This document shows positions 31,319-41,255 of a stretch of 64,000 nt of DNA, piece after piece. The notes beneath the pieces are model-generated. The model had not been told where the DNA came from and made no database searches. It worked only from the letters and a program-made list of their open reading frames with translations. Position 1 is the stretch's first letter, and each line of letters begins with the position of its first letter. This DNA comes from a bacterium (GTDB taxonomy: Bacteria; Bacteroidota; Bacteroidia; Bacteroidales; FEN-979). The stretch spans positions 280-64,279 of the forward strand of contig JAZDGR010000050.1 of assembly GCA_043806735.1 (NCBI GenBank), in the 5' to 3' direction. The position numbers were made by a program, and so were the translations under genes.

Positions 31319-32665
31319 ATGAAAAAGAATGTACTCATCATTGGCGCCGCGGGAAGGGATTTCCACAATTTCAATACGTACTACCGAAACAATCCTGAGT
31401 ACCATGTTGTCGCCTTCACTGCCACTCAAATTCCCGACATCGACGGGAGAAAATATCCGGCCGCCCTGGCAGGAAAACTTTATCCAAAAGGCATTCCGAT
31501 TTATTCCCAGGATGAACTCCCGACCCTCATAAAAAAACATCGGGTCGACGTCTGCAATTTTGCATACAGTGATGTGACATACAAGCACGTCATGAACCTG
31601 AGCGCCATTGTCAATGCAGCGGGCGCTAACTTTATCCTGCTGGGTCCCAAAGATACCATGCTCAAAAGCACCAAACCGGTGATCGCGGTCGGAGCTACCC
31701 GCACCGGTTGCGGGAAGAGCCAGACCTCCCGCCGAATCATTGAGATCCTGATGTCAAAAGGGGTAAATGTGGTCGCTGTCCGCCACCCGATGCCTTATGG
31801 CGACCTGGTTGCACAAAAAGTTCAGCGGTTTGCCACCATCAAAGACCTGGAAAAACACAAATGCACCATCGAAGAGATGGAGGAATACGAACCTCATGTG
31901 GTTCGCGGCAATGTGATTTATGCCGGCGTTGACTATGAAGCCATTTTGCGGGCGGCTGAGATAGACCCGAAAGGTTGCGATGTAATTCTGTGGGACGGAG
32001 GGAATAACGACTTTCCTTTCTACCGGCCCGATCTGATGGTGACCATCGCCGACCCTCACCGTCCGGGCGCAGAAGTGAACTACTATGCCGGAGAGGTGAA
32101 CCTTCGGATCGCGGATGTTGTGGTGATTAACAAAATCGATTCGGCATACCCTGAACATATCAAAACCGTCCGCGATAACATCCGGAAATTAAACCCAAAC
32201 GCGATAGTTGTAGATGCGGCTTCTCCCATCAGAGTGGATAACATCTCTGTCATCCGCGGAAAAAAAGTCCTGGTGATTGAGGATGGCCCTACCCTCACCC
32301 ACGGAGAGATGAAGATCGGAGCCGGTGTGGTTGCCGCGGAGAAATACGGGGCGGCCGAACTGGTGGATCCCCGTCCGTTTGTAGTCGGCAGATTGGCCGA
32401 CACGTTCCAGATCTATCCCAATATAGGGCATCTCCTTCCCGCTATGGGCTATGGCGAGCAGCAGGTAAAAGACCTGGAAGCTACCATTAACAAGACCCGG
32501 TGCGACTCGGTGGTAATTGCCACTCCGATTGACCTGAACCGTCTGATTAAGATCCGGAAGCCCAATACACGCGTCTATTATGATCTTCAGGAGATCGGAG
32601 AACCCAGTCTGAATACGATTCTCGGGGACTTCCTGAAGAAATACAAAGTAAAAGGTAAAACGTAA
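31319..32665 (+). CDS. Cyclic 2,3-diphosphoglycerate synthetase-like P-loop protein (possible arginine synthetase ArcE)
   Basis: GAAGRDFHNFN, RTGCGKSQTS, RHPMPYG, TIEEMEEYE, WDGGNND, EDGPTLTHG, LPAMGY. Confidence 0.8.
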   Translation: MKKNVLIIGAAGRDFHNFNTYYRNNPEYHVVAFTATQIPDIDGRKYPAALAGKLYPKGIPIYSQDELPTLIKKHRVDVCNFAYSDVTYKHVMNLSAIVNAAGANFILLGPKDTMLKSTKPVIAVGATRTGCGKSQTSRRIIEILMSKGVNVVAVRHPMPYGDLVAQKVQRFATIKDLEKHKCTIEEMEEYEPHVVRGNVIYAGVDYEAILRAAEIDPKGCDVILWDGGNNDFPFYRPDLMVTIADPHRPGAEVNYYAGEVNLRIADVVVINKIDSAYPEHIKTVRDNIRKLNPNAIVVDAASPIRVDNISVIRGKKVLVIEDGPTLTHGEMKIGAGVVAAEKYGAAELVDPRPFVVGRLADTFQIYPNIGHLLPAMGYGEQQVKDLEATINKTRCDSVVIATPIDLNRLIKIRKPNTRVYYDLQEIGEPSLNTILGDFLKKYKVKGKT

Positions 32666-32676
32666 GGATTTCGAAA

Positions 32677-33588
32677 GTGAAAAACAAGAGTCTGATCTCC
32701 ATCAATGATTTCACCCGGGAGGAACACATCCGGATCCTCGACCTGGCGGAAGCCTTCGAAAGGCAACCCACGCAACGGATCCTGGAAGATTTTGTGGTGG
32801 CCTCCCTTTTCTTTGAACCTTCCACCCGGACCAGGCTCAGCTTTGAGTCGGCTGCTTCGCGGTTGGGAGCCCAGTTAATCGGCTTCTCGGAACCGGCCAG
32901 CACCAGCCTCCAAAAAGGGGAATCGCTGCGGGACACCATCCGTACGATCAGCAATTACAGCGATATCATCATCATGCGCCACCCCAGGGAAGGAAGCGCC
33001 CGGTTTGCCAGCGAAATATCTTCGGTACCTGTCATCAATGCCGGAGATGGATCAAATCAGCACCCCACGCAAACGTTGCTGGATCTCTATTCCATCCGGA
33101 AAACGCAAGGGACTTTGGATAACCTCCATATTGCATTTGTGGGGGACCTGAAGTATGGCCGCACCGTTCATTCCCTGGTGATGGCATGTTGCAATTACAA
33201 CACTACTTTTCACCTGGTTTCCCCTCCTGATCTGAAACTTCCCAGTTCGGTAAAAATTCACATCAAGGAGAAATGCCTTTCCTACTATCAATACACCGAC
33301 ATGCTGGAAGTAATCCCCAAGGTGGATATCATCTACATGACCCGTATCCAGAAGGAACGGTTCTCCGATCCGATAGATTATGAGAAGGTAAAGAATTCCT
33401 ACATCCTGCGTGAGTCGATGCTGGAACCGGCCAAACCTACGATGAGGATCCTCCACCCCCTTCCAAGAGTCAATGAGATCGCCATTGATGTGGACCAGAA
33501 TCCGAAAGCTTACTATTTCACCCAGGCTCTGAATGGCGTATTTGTGCGGGAGGCATTGCTTGCTTCCATTCTGGGAGTAGTTGAATAA
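32677..33588 (+). CDS. pyrB: Aspartate carbamoyltransferase catalytic subunit
   Basis: FFEPSTRTRLSF, NAGDG..QHPTQ, GDLKYGRTVHS, HPLPR. Confidence 0.97.
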   Translation: MKNKSLISINDFTREEHIRILDLAEAFERQPTQRILEDFVVASLFFEPSTRTRLSFESAASRLGAQLIGFSEPASTSLQKGESLRDTIRTISNYSDIIIMRHPREGSARFASEISSVPVINAGDGSNQHPTQTLLDLYSIRKTQGTLDNLHIAFVGDLKYGRTVHSLVMACCNYNTTFHLVSPPDLKLPSSVKIHIKEKCLSYYQYTDMLEVIPKVDIIYMTRIQKERFSDPIDYEKVKNSYILRESMLEPAKPTMRILHPLPRVNEIAIDVDQNPKAYYFTQALNGVFVREALLASILGVVE

Positions 33589-33601
33589 TAAACAACCTGT
33601 T

Positions 33602-34069
33602 ATGGCGAAAAAAGAGATTATCAAAGAGCTGAAAGTCACGGCAATTGAAAACGGAACCGTGATCGATCACATTCCTTCCCAGAATGTATACCAGGTGCTC
33701 CGGATTCTCAACCTTACTGAATACGGGGACCAGCTCCTGATCGGGACCAATCTCGAAAGTCAGAAGATGGGAAAGAAGGGGATCATCAAGGTCAGCAACA
33801 AATACTTCAAGCCAGAAGAGATCAATAAAATCGCGCTCGTTGCTCCCTCGGCAACCCTAATCGTGATTCATGATTTCAACGTAACGGAGAAAAAGCAGGT
33901 TTCTGTTCCCGACCAGGTCGAGAAGATTGTCAAATGCTTCAATCCGAACTGCATTACCAATCACGAAGAGATGCCGACACGATTTACTGTAACTGACAAA
34001 AAGGAGTTGAGGCTTCGCTGCAGGTACTGCGAAAAGATCACGGCGAAAGACAATATTGTTTTCAATTAG
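33602..34069 (+). CDS. pyrI: Aspartate carbamoyltransferase regulatory subunit
   Basis: ENGTVIDHI, KKGIIK, CFNPNCITN, CRYCE zinc site. Confidence 0.96.
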   Translation: MAKKEIIKELKVTAIENGTVIDHIPSQNVYQVLRILNLTEYGDQLLIGTNLESQKMGKKGIIKVSNKYFKPEEINKIALVAPSATLIVIHDFNVTEKKQVSVPDQVEKIVKCFNPNCITNHEEMPTRFTVTDKKELRLRCRYCEKITAKDNIVFN

Positions 34070-34138
34070 GAATTCAAAATAATTCCACTACTTTCACCAA
34101 GGCAACCAGGCACCAAGGCAACGAGGCACCACAACATC

Positions 34139-34789
34139 ATGTCACCACCTCACCATATCCTGAAACTAATCTCAGAAGGTGAGCATCAGCTGCTGGATTT
34201 CAAGTTCGAAATCTCGGATGCGCATAAAATTGCGCGGGCCCTATCAGCCTTTGCCAATACCGACGGGGGCCGGCTGTTGATTGGCGTCAAGGACAATGGA
34301 TCAATTGCAGGGGTCAGGTCAGAAGAAGAATACTATATGCTGGATGCTGCAGCAAACATCTATTGCAGTCCATCTGTCCCATTTCAAGTTAAGCAATGGT
34401 CACTTTCGGGGAAGACAGTACTGGAAGCCATCATCAAAAAAAGCGACAGAAGGCCTCATTTTGCCGAGGATCCTAAAGGTAAATGGGCTGCCTATGTCAG
34501 GGTCCATGACCAGAATTTTCCCGTCAACCGGATTTTGCTGAAAGTCTGGCAACTTGAGAAGCAATCCAAAGGAATCTTCCTCAAGTATACCTTGAACGAA
34601 AAGGCATTGCTTGCTTATCTGGAGGAAAATCCCACCATTACGATAAACCGGTTCATGAGGATTACCGGATTAAACCGCTTCATGGCTGAACAATCCCTGA
34701 TCAGGCTGATCTCGTTGAAGGTTCTTGAAATTCAATTTACTGAAAACGAAGTATTCTATAAGCTTTCATCCGGTTCAGAAAAGGAATAA
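34139..34789 (+). CDS. AlbA_2/Schlafen-like putative DNA-binding domain protein
   Basis: EGEHQLLDFK...AFANTDGGRLLIGVKD. Confidence 0.85.
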   Translation: MSPPHHILKLISEGEHQLLDFKFEISDAHKIARALSAFANTDGGRLLIGVKDNGSIAGVRSEEEYYMLDAAANIYCSPSVPFQVKQWSLSGKTVLEAIIKKSDRRPHFAEDPKGKWAAYVRVHDQNFPVNRILLKVWQLEKQSKGIFLKYTLNEKALLAYLEENPTITINRFMRITGLNRFMAEQSLIRLISLKVLEIQFTENEVFYKLSSGSEKE

Positions 34790-34823
34790 AAAAGATGTTA
34801 TCTTTGTACCACTCCAATTATTT

Positions 34824-35468
34824 ATGAGAAAGAATCTGATAATTCCTTTGTTTTGTATCCCATCCCTTGCCTGCCAGAGCCAGGATGTCATCTATGATAC
34901 GGTTATTCCTTCTGCTTCGGAAGGAATATCCTATGCAACTGCGAAACCGGCGTCGCGGTTCAAGACTACTCTCTCTCTGGGCACTGAGTTTTCTTCCTCT
35001 TCGTGGTACGGATCGGGCCTTTCCACTTATATTTCTCCGGCCTTTTCGTACCGGGTTAACGCACGGCTGTCTTTTCGGGCAGGCGTGACACTTTCGAATA
35101 CTGCCCTTTTCAACTACCAGCCATGGTATATGTCAGAATCCTTTCAACCCGTCAATGCAAATTTTTCGAAAGCACTTCTCTTTGTTGAAGGGACCTACCT
35201 GGTTTCAGAAAGACTGACGCTATCGGGAGGAGCATTTAAAGAATTTACGCTGGACTCCAGAAGCCCGGTAGCCCTCCCTTTTACAACAAACAATCCCGAG
35301 GGGTTTTATCTGAACGCGGATTACAAGATTGCAAACGGGGTTCACATCCAGGCGGGATTCGGGTATACAAAAGGATATGTTCCGTTCTACGGATCCCCTT
35401 TGTATGATCCTTCCCCCTTTTACAGAAACTCCTTTACTCCCGGTTTCCCGGGCTTTCCAAACTGGTAG
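34824..35468 (+). CDS. Exported hypothetical protein (possible small outer-membrane beta-barrel)
   Basis: Signal peptide from MRKNL; alternating aromatic beta-strand pattern. Confidence 0.6.
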   Translation: MRKNLIIPLFCIPSLACQSQDVIYDTVIPSASEGISYATAKPASRFKTTLSLGTEFSSSSWYGSGLSTYISPAFSYRVNARLSFRAGVTLSNTALFNYQPWYMSESFQPVNANFSKALLFVEGTYLVSERLTLSGGAFKEFTLDSRSPVALPFTTNNPEGFYLNADYKIANGVHIQAGFGYTKGYVPFYGSPLYDPSPFYRNSFTPGFPGFPNW

Positions 35469-35604
35469 ATCAGGACGAAACTTCACTTCGATCGCGGAAC
35501 AGGTTTCATCTACAGAAATACCTGTTTTATCCAAACTTTTTCTCTCTGATCTGGGTTTTTTGTAACATTGCGATCAGGTAACATGTTAAGAACTTCTTGA
35601 ATTT

Positions 35605-36645
35605 ATGACAAAAAGAAAGATCCTCCGTTTTCTGTCACACCTGCTTTTCTGGGTCTTTATCGTAAGTTTCTTCACGTTTATTTATGGCGTAAGGAGTGGA
35701 AAATATTTTGAAATCTTCCAGATACTCTTGGGGACTCTCCCCATCGACATGCTGTATACCTACTTCCTGATATACCTGCTGATCCCGGTTTTTCTGCTGA
35801 AGAGAAGATACGCCTGGTTTGTGCTTCTGTTCATCAGCTCCTTTACAGCCGTTGTCATACTCGAGTGGACCATCAACTATTTCATCCTGTATCCCTCCAT
35901 CTACTCCGATTATGAAAAATGGAAGGACACCATTCACTATTTTTCGGGCTCTGCGCTGATGCTTTATGTATCCCTCGGCTTTGTGATTCTTCTTGCCTCT
36001 GCCATCAAACTATCCAGGTTCTGGATGCAATCGCAGCAGGACAAAGCCGAACTCGAGATCCAGAACCGCAAAAGCGAACTGGCTTTACTTCGCAGCCAGG
36101 TGAATCCACATTTTCTGTTTAATACACTGAATAACATTGATGCATTAATCCGGAAAGACCCGGAAAGGGCCTCCGATTCCCTTGTGAAGCTTTCGGAAAT
36201 GATGCGGTATTTTATCTACGAAGCAACCACCGAAAAGGTTCCCCTTGAGAAAGAGATCGACTACCTCCATTGTTTCATTGAACTGCAGCGGATTCGTTAC
36301 AAAGACCCCGGGTACATCCGGTTCCAGGTAACAGGATCGACCAACGGGATCCGGATTGCCCCTATGCTGTTTATCCCGTTCGTAGAGAACGCATGCAAAC
36401 ATGGAACTGCCGGGAGACAAATCCCATCCATTCTGGTTGATTTATGGATCCAGCCGGAAGAGATCCGGTTTGAAGTAGTCAATTACCTGGAAGTTCGCCC
36501 CGCCCAGATCAAAGATCCGGGACAAGGAATCGGACTGTCCAATGTACAGCGAAGGCTGGACCTGATTTACCCTGAAAAATACAGTCTGATCACGGAACAA
36601 GTCGCTGATCAGTACAAAGTTGTCTTAACGATCTCCCTCCTATGA
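35605..36645 (+). CDS. LytS/YehU-family sensor histidine kinase
   Basis: TM helices, LRSQVNPHFLFNTLN, ENACKHG, GIGLSNV. Confidence 0.93.
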   Translation: MTKRKILRFLSHLLFWVFIVSFFTFIYGVRSGKYFEIFQILLGTLPIDMLYTYFLIYLLIPVFLLKRRYAWFVLLFISSFTAVVILEWTINYFILYPSIYSDYEKWKDTIHYFSGSALMLYVSLGFVILLASAIKLSRFWMQSQQDKAELEIQNRKSELALLRSQVNPHFLFNTLNNIDALIRKDPERASDSLVKLSEMMRYFIYEATTEKVPLEKEIDYLHCFIELQRIRYKDPGYIRFQVTGSTNGIRIAPMLFIPFVENACKHGTAGRQIPSILVDLWIQPEEIRFEVVNYLEVRPAQIKDPGQGIGLSNVQRRLDLIYPEKYSLITEQVADQYKVVLTISLL

Positions 36646-37373
36646 ATATCCGGTGCATTGTGGTGGATGATGAGCCGCTGGCCATCGAAAAGCTCACTGA
36701 TTATATCAGCAGGATTCCCTATCTGAAATTGCAGGCGTCATTCAACAATGTCATCGATGCCATGGAATTCCTTCGTGACCAATCGATAGATCTTGTGTTT
36801 CTGGATATTCAGATGGATACCTTTACCGGGATCCAGTTGCTGGAGATCGTTAGAAATCCGCCCAAAGTCATCATTACGACTGCCTACGACAGCTTTGCCG
36901 TGAAAGGATATGAACTGGACGTGACAGATTACCTTTTGAAACCGATTTCGTTTGAACGGTTTCTTAAAGCGGTCAATAAAGTATGCGAGGAGATCTGTTC
37001 CGGGAAAACTGTCCTGCCCGTTCTCCCTCAGGAAAACACGGAAAAGTTTTCTTCCGATTTCATTTTCGTCAAAGCAGATTACCACCTGCACAAGGTAAGG
37101 CTCAGTGATATTCTGTTTATCGAAGGGATGAAAGATTATCTTCGCCTTCATCTGCCGAACGAGCGGATCATGACCCTGATGAGCTTTGTAAAAATGGAGA
37201 AGGTGCTTCCCCCGGAACGGTTCATGCGGGTACATAAATCGTTCATCATCTCCCTGGAAAAAATTGAACGCATCGAGCGAAACATGATCCTGATTGCTAC
37301 CCATAAAATCCCGATCGGAAATAAGTACAAAAAAACCTTTTTTGAATACCTGGAGAAAGGGAAGATCCTGTAA
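36642..37373 (+). CDS. LytTR-family response regulator
   Basis: VDDEPLA, FLDIQM, DYLLKP, FMRVHKSFI. Confidence 0.95.
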   Translation: MNIRCIVVDDEPLAIEKLTDYISRIPYLKLQASFNNVIDAMEFLRDQSIDLVFLDIQMDTFTGIQLLEIVRNPPKVIITTAYDSFAVKGYELDVTDYLLKPISFERFLKAVNKVCEEICSGKTVLPVLPQENTEKFSSDFIFVKADYHLHKVRLSDILFIEGMKDYLRLHLPNERIMTLMSFVKMEKVLPPERFMRVHKSFIISLEKIERIERNMILIATHKIPIGNKYKKTFFEYLEKGKIL

Positions 37374-37612
37374 AAGTTTTCTGAAATATTGCCAAAAGCA
37401 AAAGTATTTTTTGCATTTTTTCCCAATTGCCTGAGAACCCGTCCAAGATTTATTGTTTTTTACTTATTTTCTCCAGTTTCCGATTGTACTTCAGATTCGT
37501 TTTGCAAAATCTGCCAGAGTGAAGCGCTGGTATTGGAATTTCCGTTTCATTTCCGTCAATTCCTATGGTTTCTTTGTTGCGAAATAAGTTCATTCATAAA
37601 ATCACAAACGCC

Positions 37613-38437
37613 ATGAAGACAATAACCTATTACCTGGGCTACCTTTTCGCGAGCCTGATGTTCGTCAACCCGCGCATTGGACAGATCACCACCGACAGTT
37701 ACATAGATGCCGTGACTGGAGACACGGTCAAAGCGAAAAATGCAGAGAAATTTGATCCGGTAAACCGGTTCCATCCAATGGCCCCTGGTAGCGCCAAATG
37801 GAAGAAAAATGAAGATCCGGCTTCCCAGGCACTCCGTTCCCTGAGAAGGGCAAATACAGTCAACTATATTTCAATAGGTCTGGGGCTGGCAAGCAATATT
37901 GAAATGGCGATCATTGGCGGATTTCCTCTGGAGGTTGATGAAGGACTGAATCCGGGTGTCAACGTATCTCACATGATCCTGGGTATCGGAAGGTTATCCA
38001 TATCGCTTTTCCCTATAATTAGTATCGCCAACGCCAGAAAAGTATTAAAACCCTGGCGGGTATCTCCGGAGATTGCCCCGACTTGCAAGAAACTCTTTTC
38101 CTATATGGATGTAGCTCAGGTTCTGACGGCAGCTGCGCCGGTTTTATGCGTTGCCGGAGGCATCATGATGATAGCTGCTTCTACCTCCCGTACAGAATAC
38201 GTCTACCCTGATTACCATACTTCAATAAAAAATCCGGCGTTAAAGACCGCGGGGTGGATTTGCCTCGGAGCAGGTCTTGCGGCTTCGATCACATCAGCTA
38301 TTTGCATTGATCTTGCCAAAAAGGAGCTCAGGGGAAAAATGGGCTCAATGAAAGTGTCTGCGGGGCCAGCCGGCGTTGGAGTGATCTACCACTTGCCGGG
38401 ACAACCCAACCTCCAGAAAACCAACAGGACAAACTAG
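37613..38437 (+). CDS. Membrane hypothetical protein
   Basis: Long ORF with several hydrophobic segments. Confidence 0.6.
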   Translation: MKTITYYLGYLFASLMFVNPRIGQITTDSYIDAVTGDTVKAKNAEKFDPVNRFHPMAPGSAKWKKNEDPASQALRSLRRANTVNYISIGLGLASNIEMAIIGGFPLEVDEGLNPGVNVSHMILGIGRLSISLFPIISIANARKVLKPWRVSPEIAPTCKKLFSYMDVAQVLTAAAPVLCVAGGIMMIAASTSRTEYVYPDYHTSIKNPALKTAGWICLGAGLAASITSAICIDLAKKELRGKMGSMKVSAGPAGVGVIYHLPGQPNLQKTNRTN

Positions 38438-38483
38438 CCTCTGTAATCTTCCAGGGTAAACGTTTCTCCATCCGCTAATGAAA

Positions 38484-40730
38484 TTATTGTACGATCAGCT
38501 TGGCCATATAGATCTCATTGCCTGCCTGTAATACGAGAAGATAAAATCCCTTCGAAAACCCTGGAAGAGGCAAAACAACCCGATGAGATCCCGGACCTTT
38601 CCTCCCTTCTTCCCAGTGCAGGACCCGGGTTCCTGTTTGGGTATACAAATCCAGCGTAACAGGTGTTTCTGCTGACAACCGGTAGTTGACCGTTGTTTCT
38701 TCCCGGCATGGGTTGGGCTGGCTGGTTAACCGGGTGACAAGGGATCTTCGGCGTGGGGTATCCCCGATGCCGGTGGAGGATTTGAATTTCTCGTTGACCA
38801 CGAATTCCAACAGGGTTTTGGCATCCAGTGTATCGAGATAGTATACCGGAACGGAGAGTACGATGACCTTGAAATCATCCCCCAGGTATTCGATACCAAT
38901 GGGTTTGTTTTTCATCTTCCCCTGGGTGGTGGCCGTATCGTACGCGCTGTTGAACCGGTAGATCAATGTTGCATCGGGTGTCGGGAAAATACATTCCACA
39001 TTCAACACATGACCCGGGAATTGAGCCATTGATTTTAACGGATCTATCCACAGCGAATCGTAATCAGAGGCAACCGGGTACGCTCCGTTCAATGCAGCCG
39101 CAGGCTTCCGTTCCACCTGTTGAATTTTGAAGGTGTTAAAGATCTCTTCATCCGGAGTAAAAACCTGGTTGAATTTCACATTTTGAGCGATCAGGAAGCT
39201 GGGTTGAAAGCTGGCCAGGAAAAATTGTCCGCCGTTCTTTGCATAGCTGATAATGTCCTCCCGGTTCCGCACAAATGATGAATTCGGCTGGTCAGAGTAT
39301 GTGTTTGAGAGCCACACTATTTTCTGGTACTTCCCCAGGATGGCCAGGGTTAAGGAGTCCTCCACTGAAGCATCGGAATAATCATACACCAGATCCTTGA
39401 AAATGTACTGATAAAACGCGGTTACGACCGAATCGGCCGGATTGTTCACTCCTCCCCTGGAGTCCTTGACCACCAGCAGGTCCCTGCTTTTCGGAGTCAC
39501 GGCGCCGTGTGTTATATTGGAGGGAACACTTTCTTAATCATCCTGGTCGATGGAGGTGATGTAGTAATAATAATCGGTCCCTGCCACGGCCGTTGAATCC
39601 ACATAGAAACTATCGGCGCCTGCTGTTTGCGCCAGCACGGAAAAACCTGAATCAGGATCAGCGCTTCGGTAAATAGCATACGCCTTGACATGAGCGTTTG
39701 CTGTGGGCTTCCAGGTAACAGTGACATTCGATTTTCCGGGGATACAGGAAGGTTCCTGGGGGACCGGGGTGAATTGTTCGTGCAGGAGAACCGCTGCCGT
39801 GGCGATGGCAGCTTCCAGGCAATAGTCCATTGTGCAATTGGTCACGCTGTCGCCACTTGTATGGTAAAAGGGATTCAGCTTTCTTTCCTGAAATCCGGCC
39901 ACGCAGTACCCCTTCTCCATGAAGAAAGTTCCGTCTGACGGCGGATAGGGTCCTAAGAACAGGCTGAGATCAGTATATTCCGTAACGCACCAGGTGGTCA
40001 GATCGGCCGTCCAGGCGCTGTTCCCTGTTTCTGTGTCCACGCTCCAGATCTCGAAAGGTGTCCCGTCATCGTACGCGACCATATCGTTGCAAACCATCAG
40101 GCGAAGATCCTCCTGGCTTTGCTCAATTTTATTTGCGTAATTGAGGCTGCCGGTGTAATGGACATACCCCATCAGTTCTTCGGCTGCGAAGGTCACGAAA
40201 CGGATGGTGGATGCCGGGGAAAAGCCTTTTTCTTTCAGCACCCTGGCTATTTCCAACGCTACCGCCGTTCCGCTCGCGTTATCATCGGCGCCCGGAGCCG
40301 GTTGATGCGGGTCGGGATTGACGTAGTCATCGTGGTGGGCGCTCACGATATAGATCTCGCCGGGCGCAGATGCCCCTTCGAAGGTCGCCACCACATTGTA
40401 TTGCCAGACAGAATCTTCGGGGACCGTTTCCCCGACAACCTTAAAGGAATCCAGTACCACATCGGAATATCCGTAGGATGTAAATTTTGAGGCAATCCAA
40501 CCGGCCACCTCCCGCCGGTTTTCCGCATACATAAACCGGGTTCCCAGGTTTACCATGGATTGCATTACGGAGATCAGGCTGTCTTTGTCAATGGTAGCAA
40601 GTATTTCATTGATGACAGGATTTGAGCCGGATCCCATCTGACCGGGATTGTACTGTAAGCAGGACTGACTAAATAGCCAGAAGGAATTTCCCAGAAGCAA
40701 TAGGGATAGAAGGAGCAGCTTTGCTTTCAT
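38484..40730 (-). pseudogene. M28-family metallopeptidase + FN3 + T9SS C-terminal domain, interrupted by an in-frame TAA
   Basis: SAHHD, PGADDNASG, FAAEE, NDM, YHT. ORFs 39534-40730 and 38484-39500 are in one frame, separated by TAA at 39534-39536 (DQDD*ESVPSN). Confidence 0.8.
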
Positions 40731-40908
40731 ACATCGGATTTTACAGCGAAATAACGGTATTTACAACGGAACGGGCAAACTTAATCGATCATCCCGGGAA
40801 AACTCTAGATCAGTATATGACCTGGTGGATTGCAAGGAAGTGCTTCGTCGTTCTACCTTCTGACTTCCAGTTCTAACTTCGTATTTCTGGCTTCGTACTT
40901 TATTATCG

Positions 40909-40997
40909 CGGAGAGAGAGGGATTCGAACCCCCGGTCCCGGTTCCCCAGGACAACGGTTTTCAAGACCGCCGCATTTAACCGCTCTGCCATCTCTCC
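40909..40997 (-). tRNA. tRNA-Ser(TGA)
   Basis: Reverse complement GGAGAGATGGCAGAGCGG...GCGGTCT-TGA-AAACCGT, long variable arm, GGTTCGAATCC, acceptor TCTCTCC-G. Confidence 0.96.
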
Positions 40998-41085
40998 AAA
41001 GATCAGTGAATAGTGAAAAGTGAATGACGAACAATTAATTTTTACTTTTCACTTTTCACTTTTCACTTTTCTCTAATTTGATCGG

Positions 41086-41116
41086 CAAAAGTACTATGAA
41101 TTCAAAAGATTACAAA
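41086..41116 (-). promoter_or_regulatory. Bacteroidota sigma-A promoter for tRNA-Ser(TGA)
   Basis: Minus strand TTTG (-33), 19-nt spacer, TACTTTTG (-7). Confidence 0.65.
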
Positions 41117-41255
41117 ATGACTGCGGGCGTGCAAAGCGAGCCCGGAAAAGGGACGACCATCTTTTTTACACTGGACTGATTTATCATATTCACTATCTTT
41201 ACCCTATAATTCCTATCACGTGGATTTTAATTTTAATCCGTTAAATCCCGAATCT

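Noticed and set aside
40761..40991. 76-aa ORF MAERLNAAVLKTV
   Set aside because: It is a translation of tRNA-Ser(TGA) plus a heptamer array.
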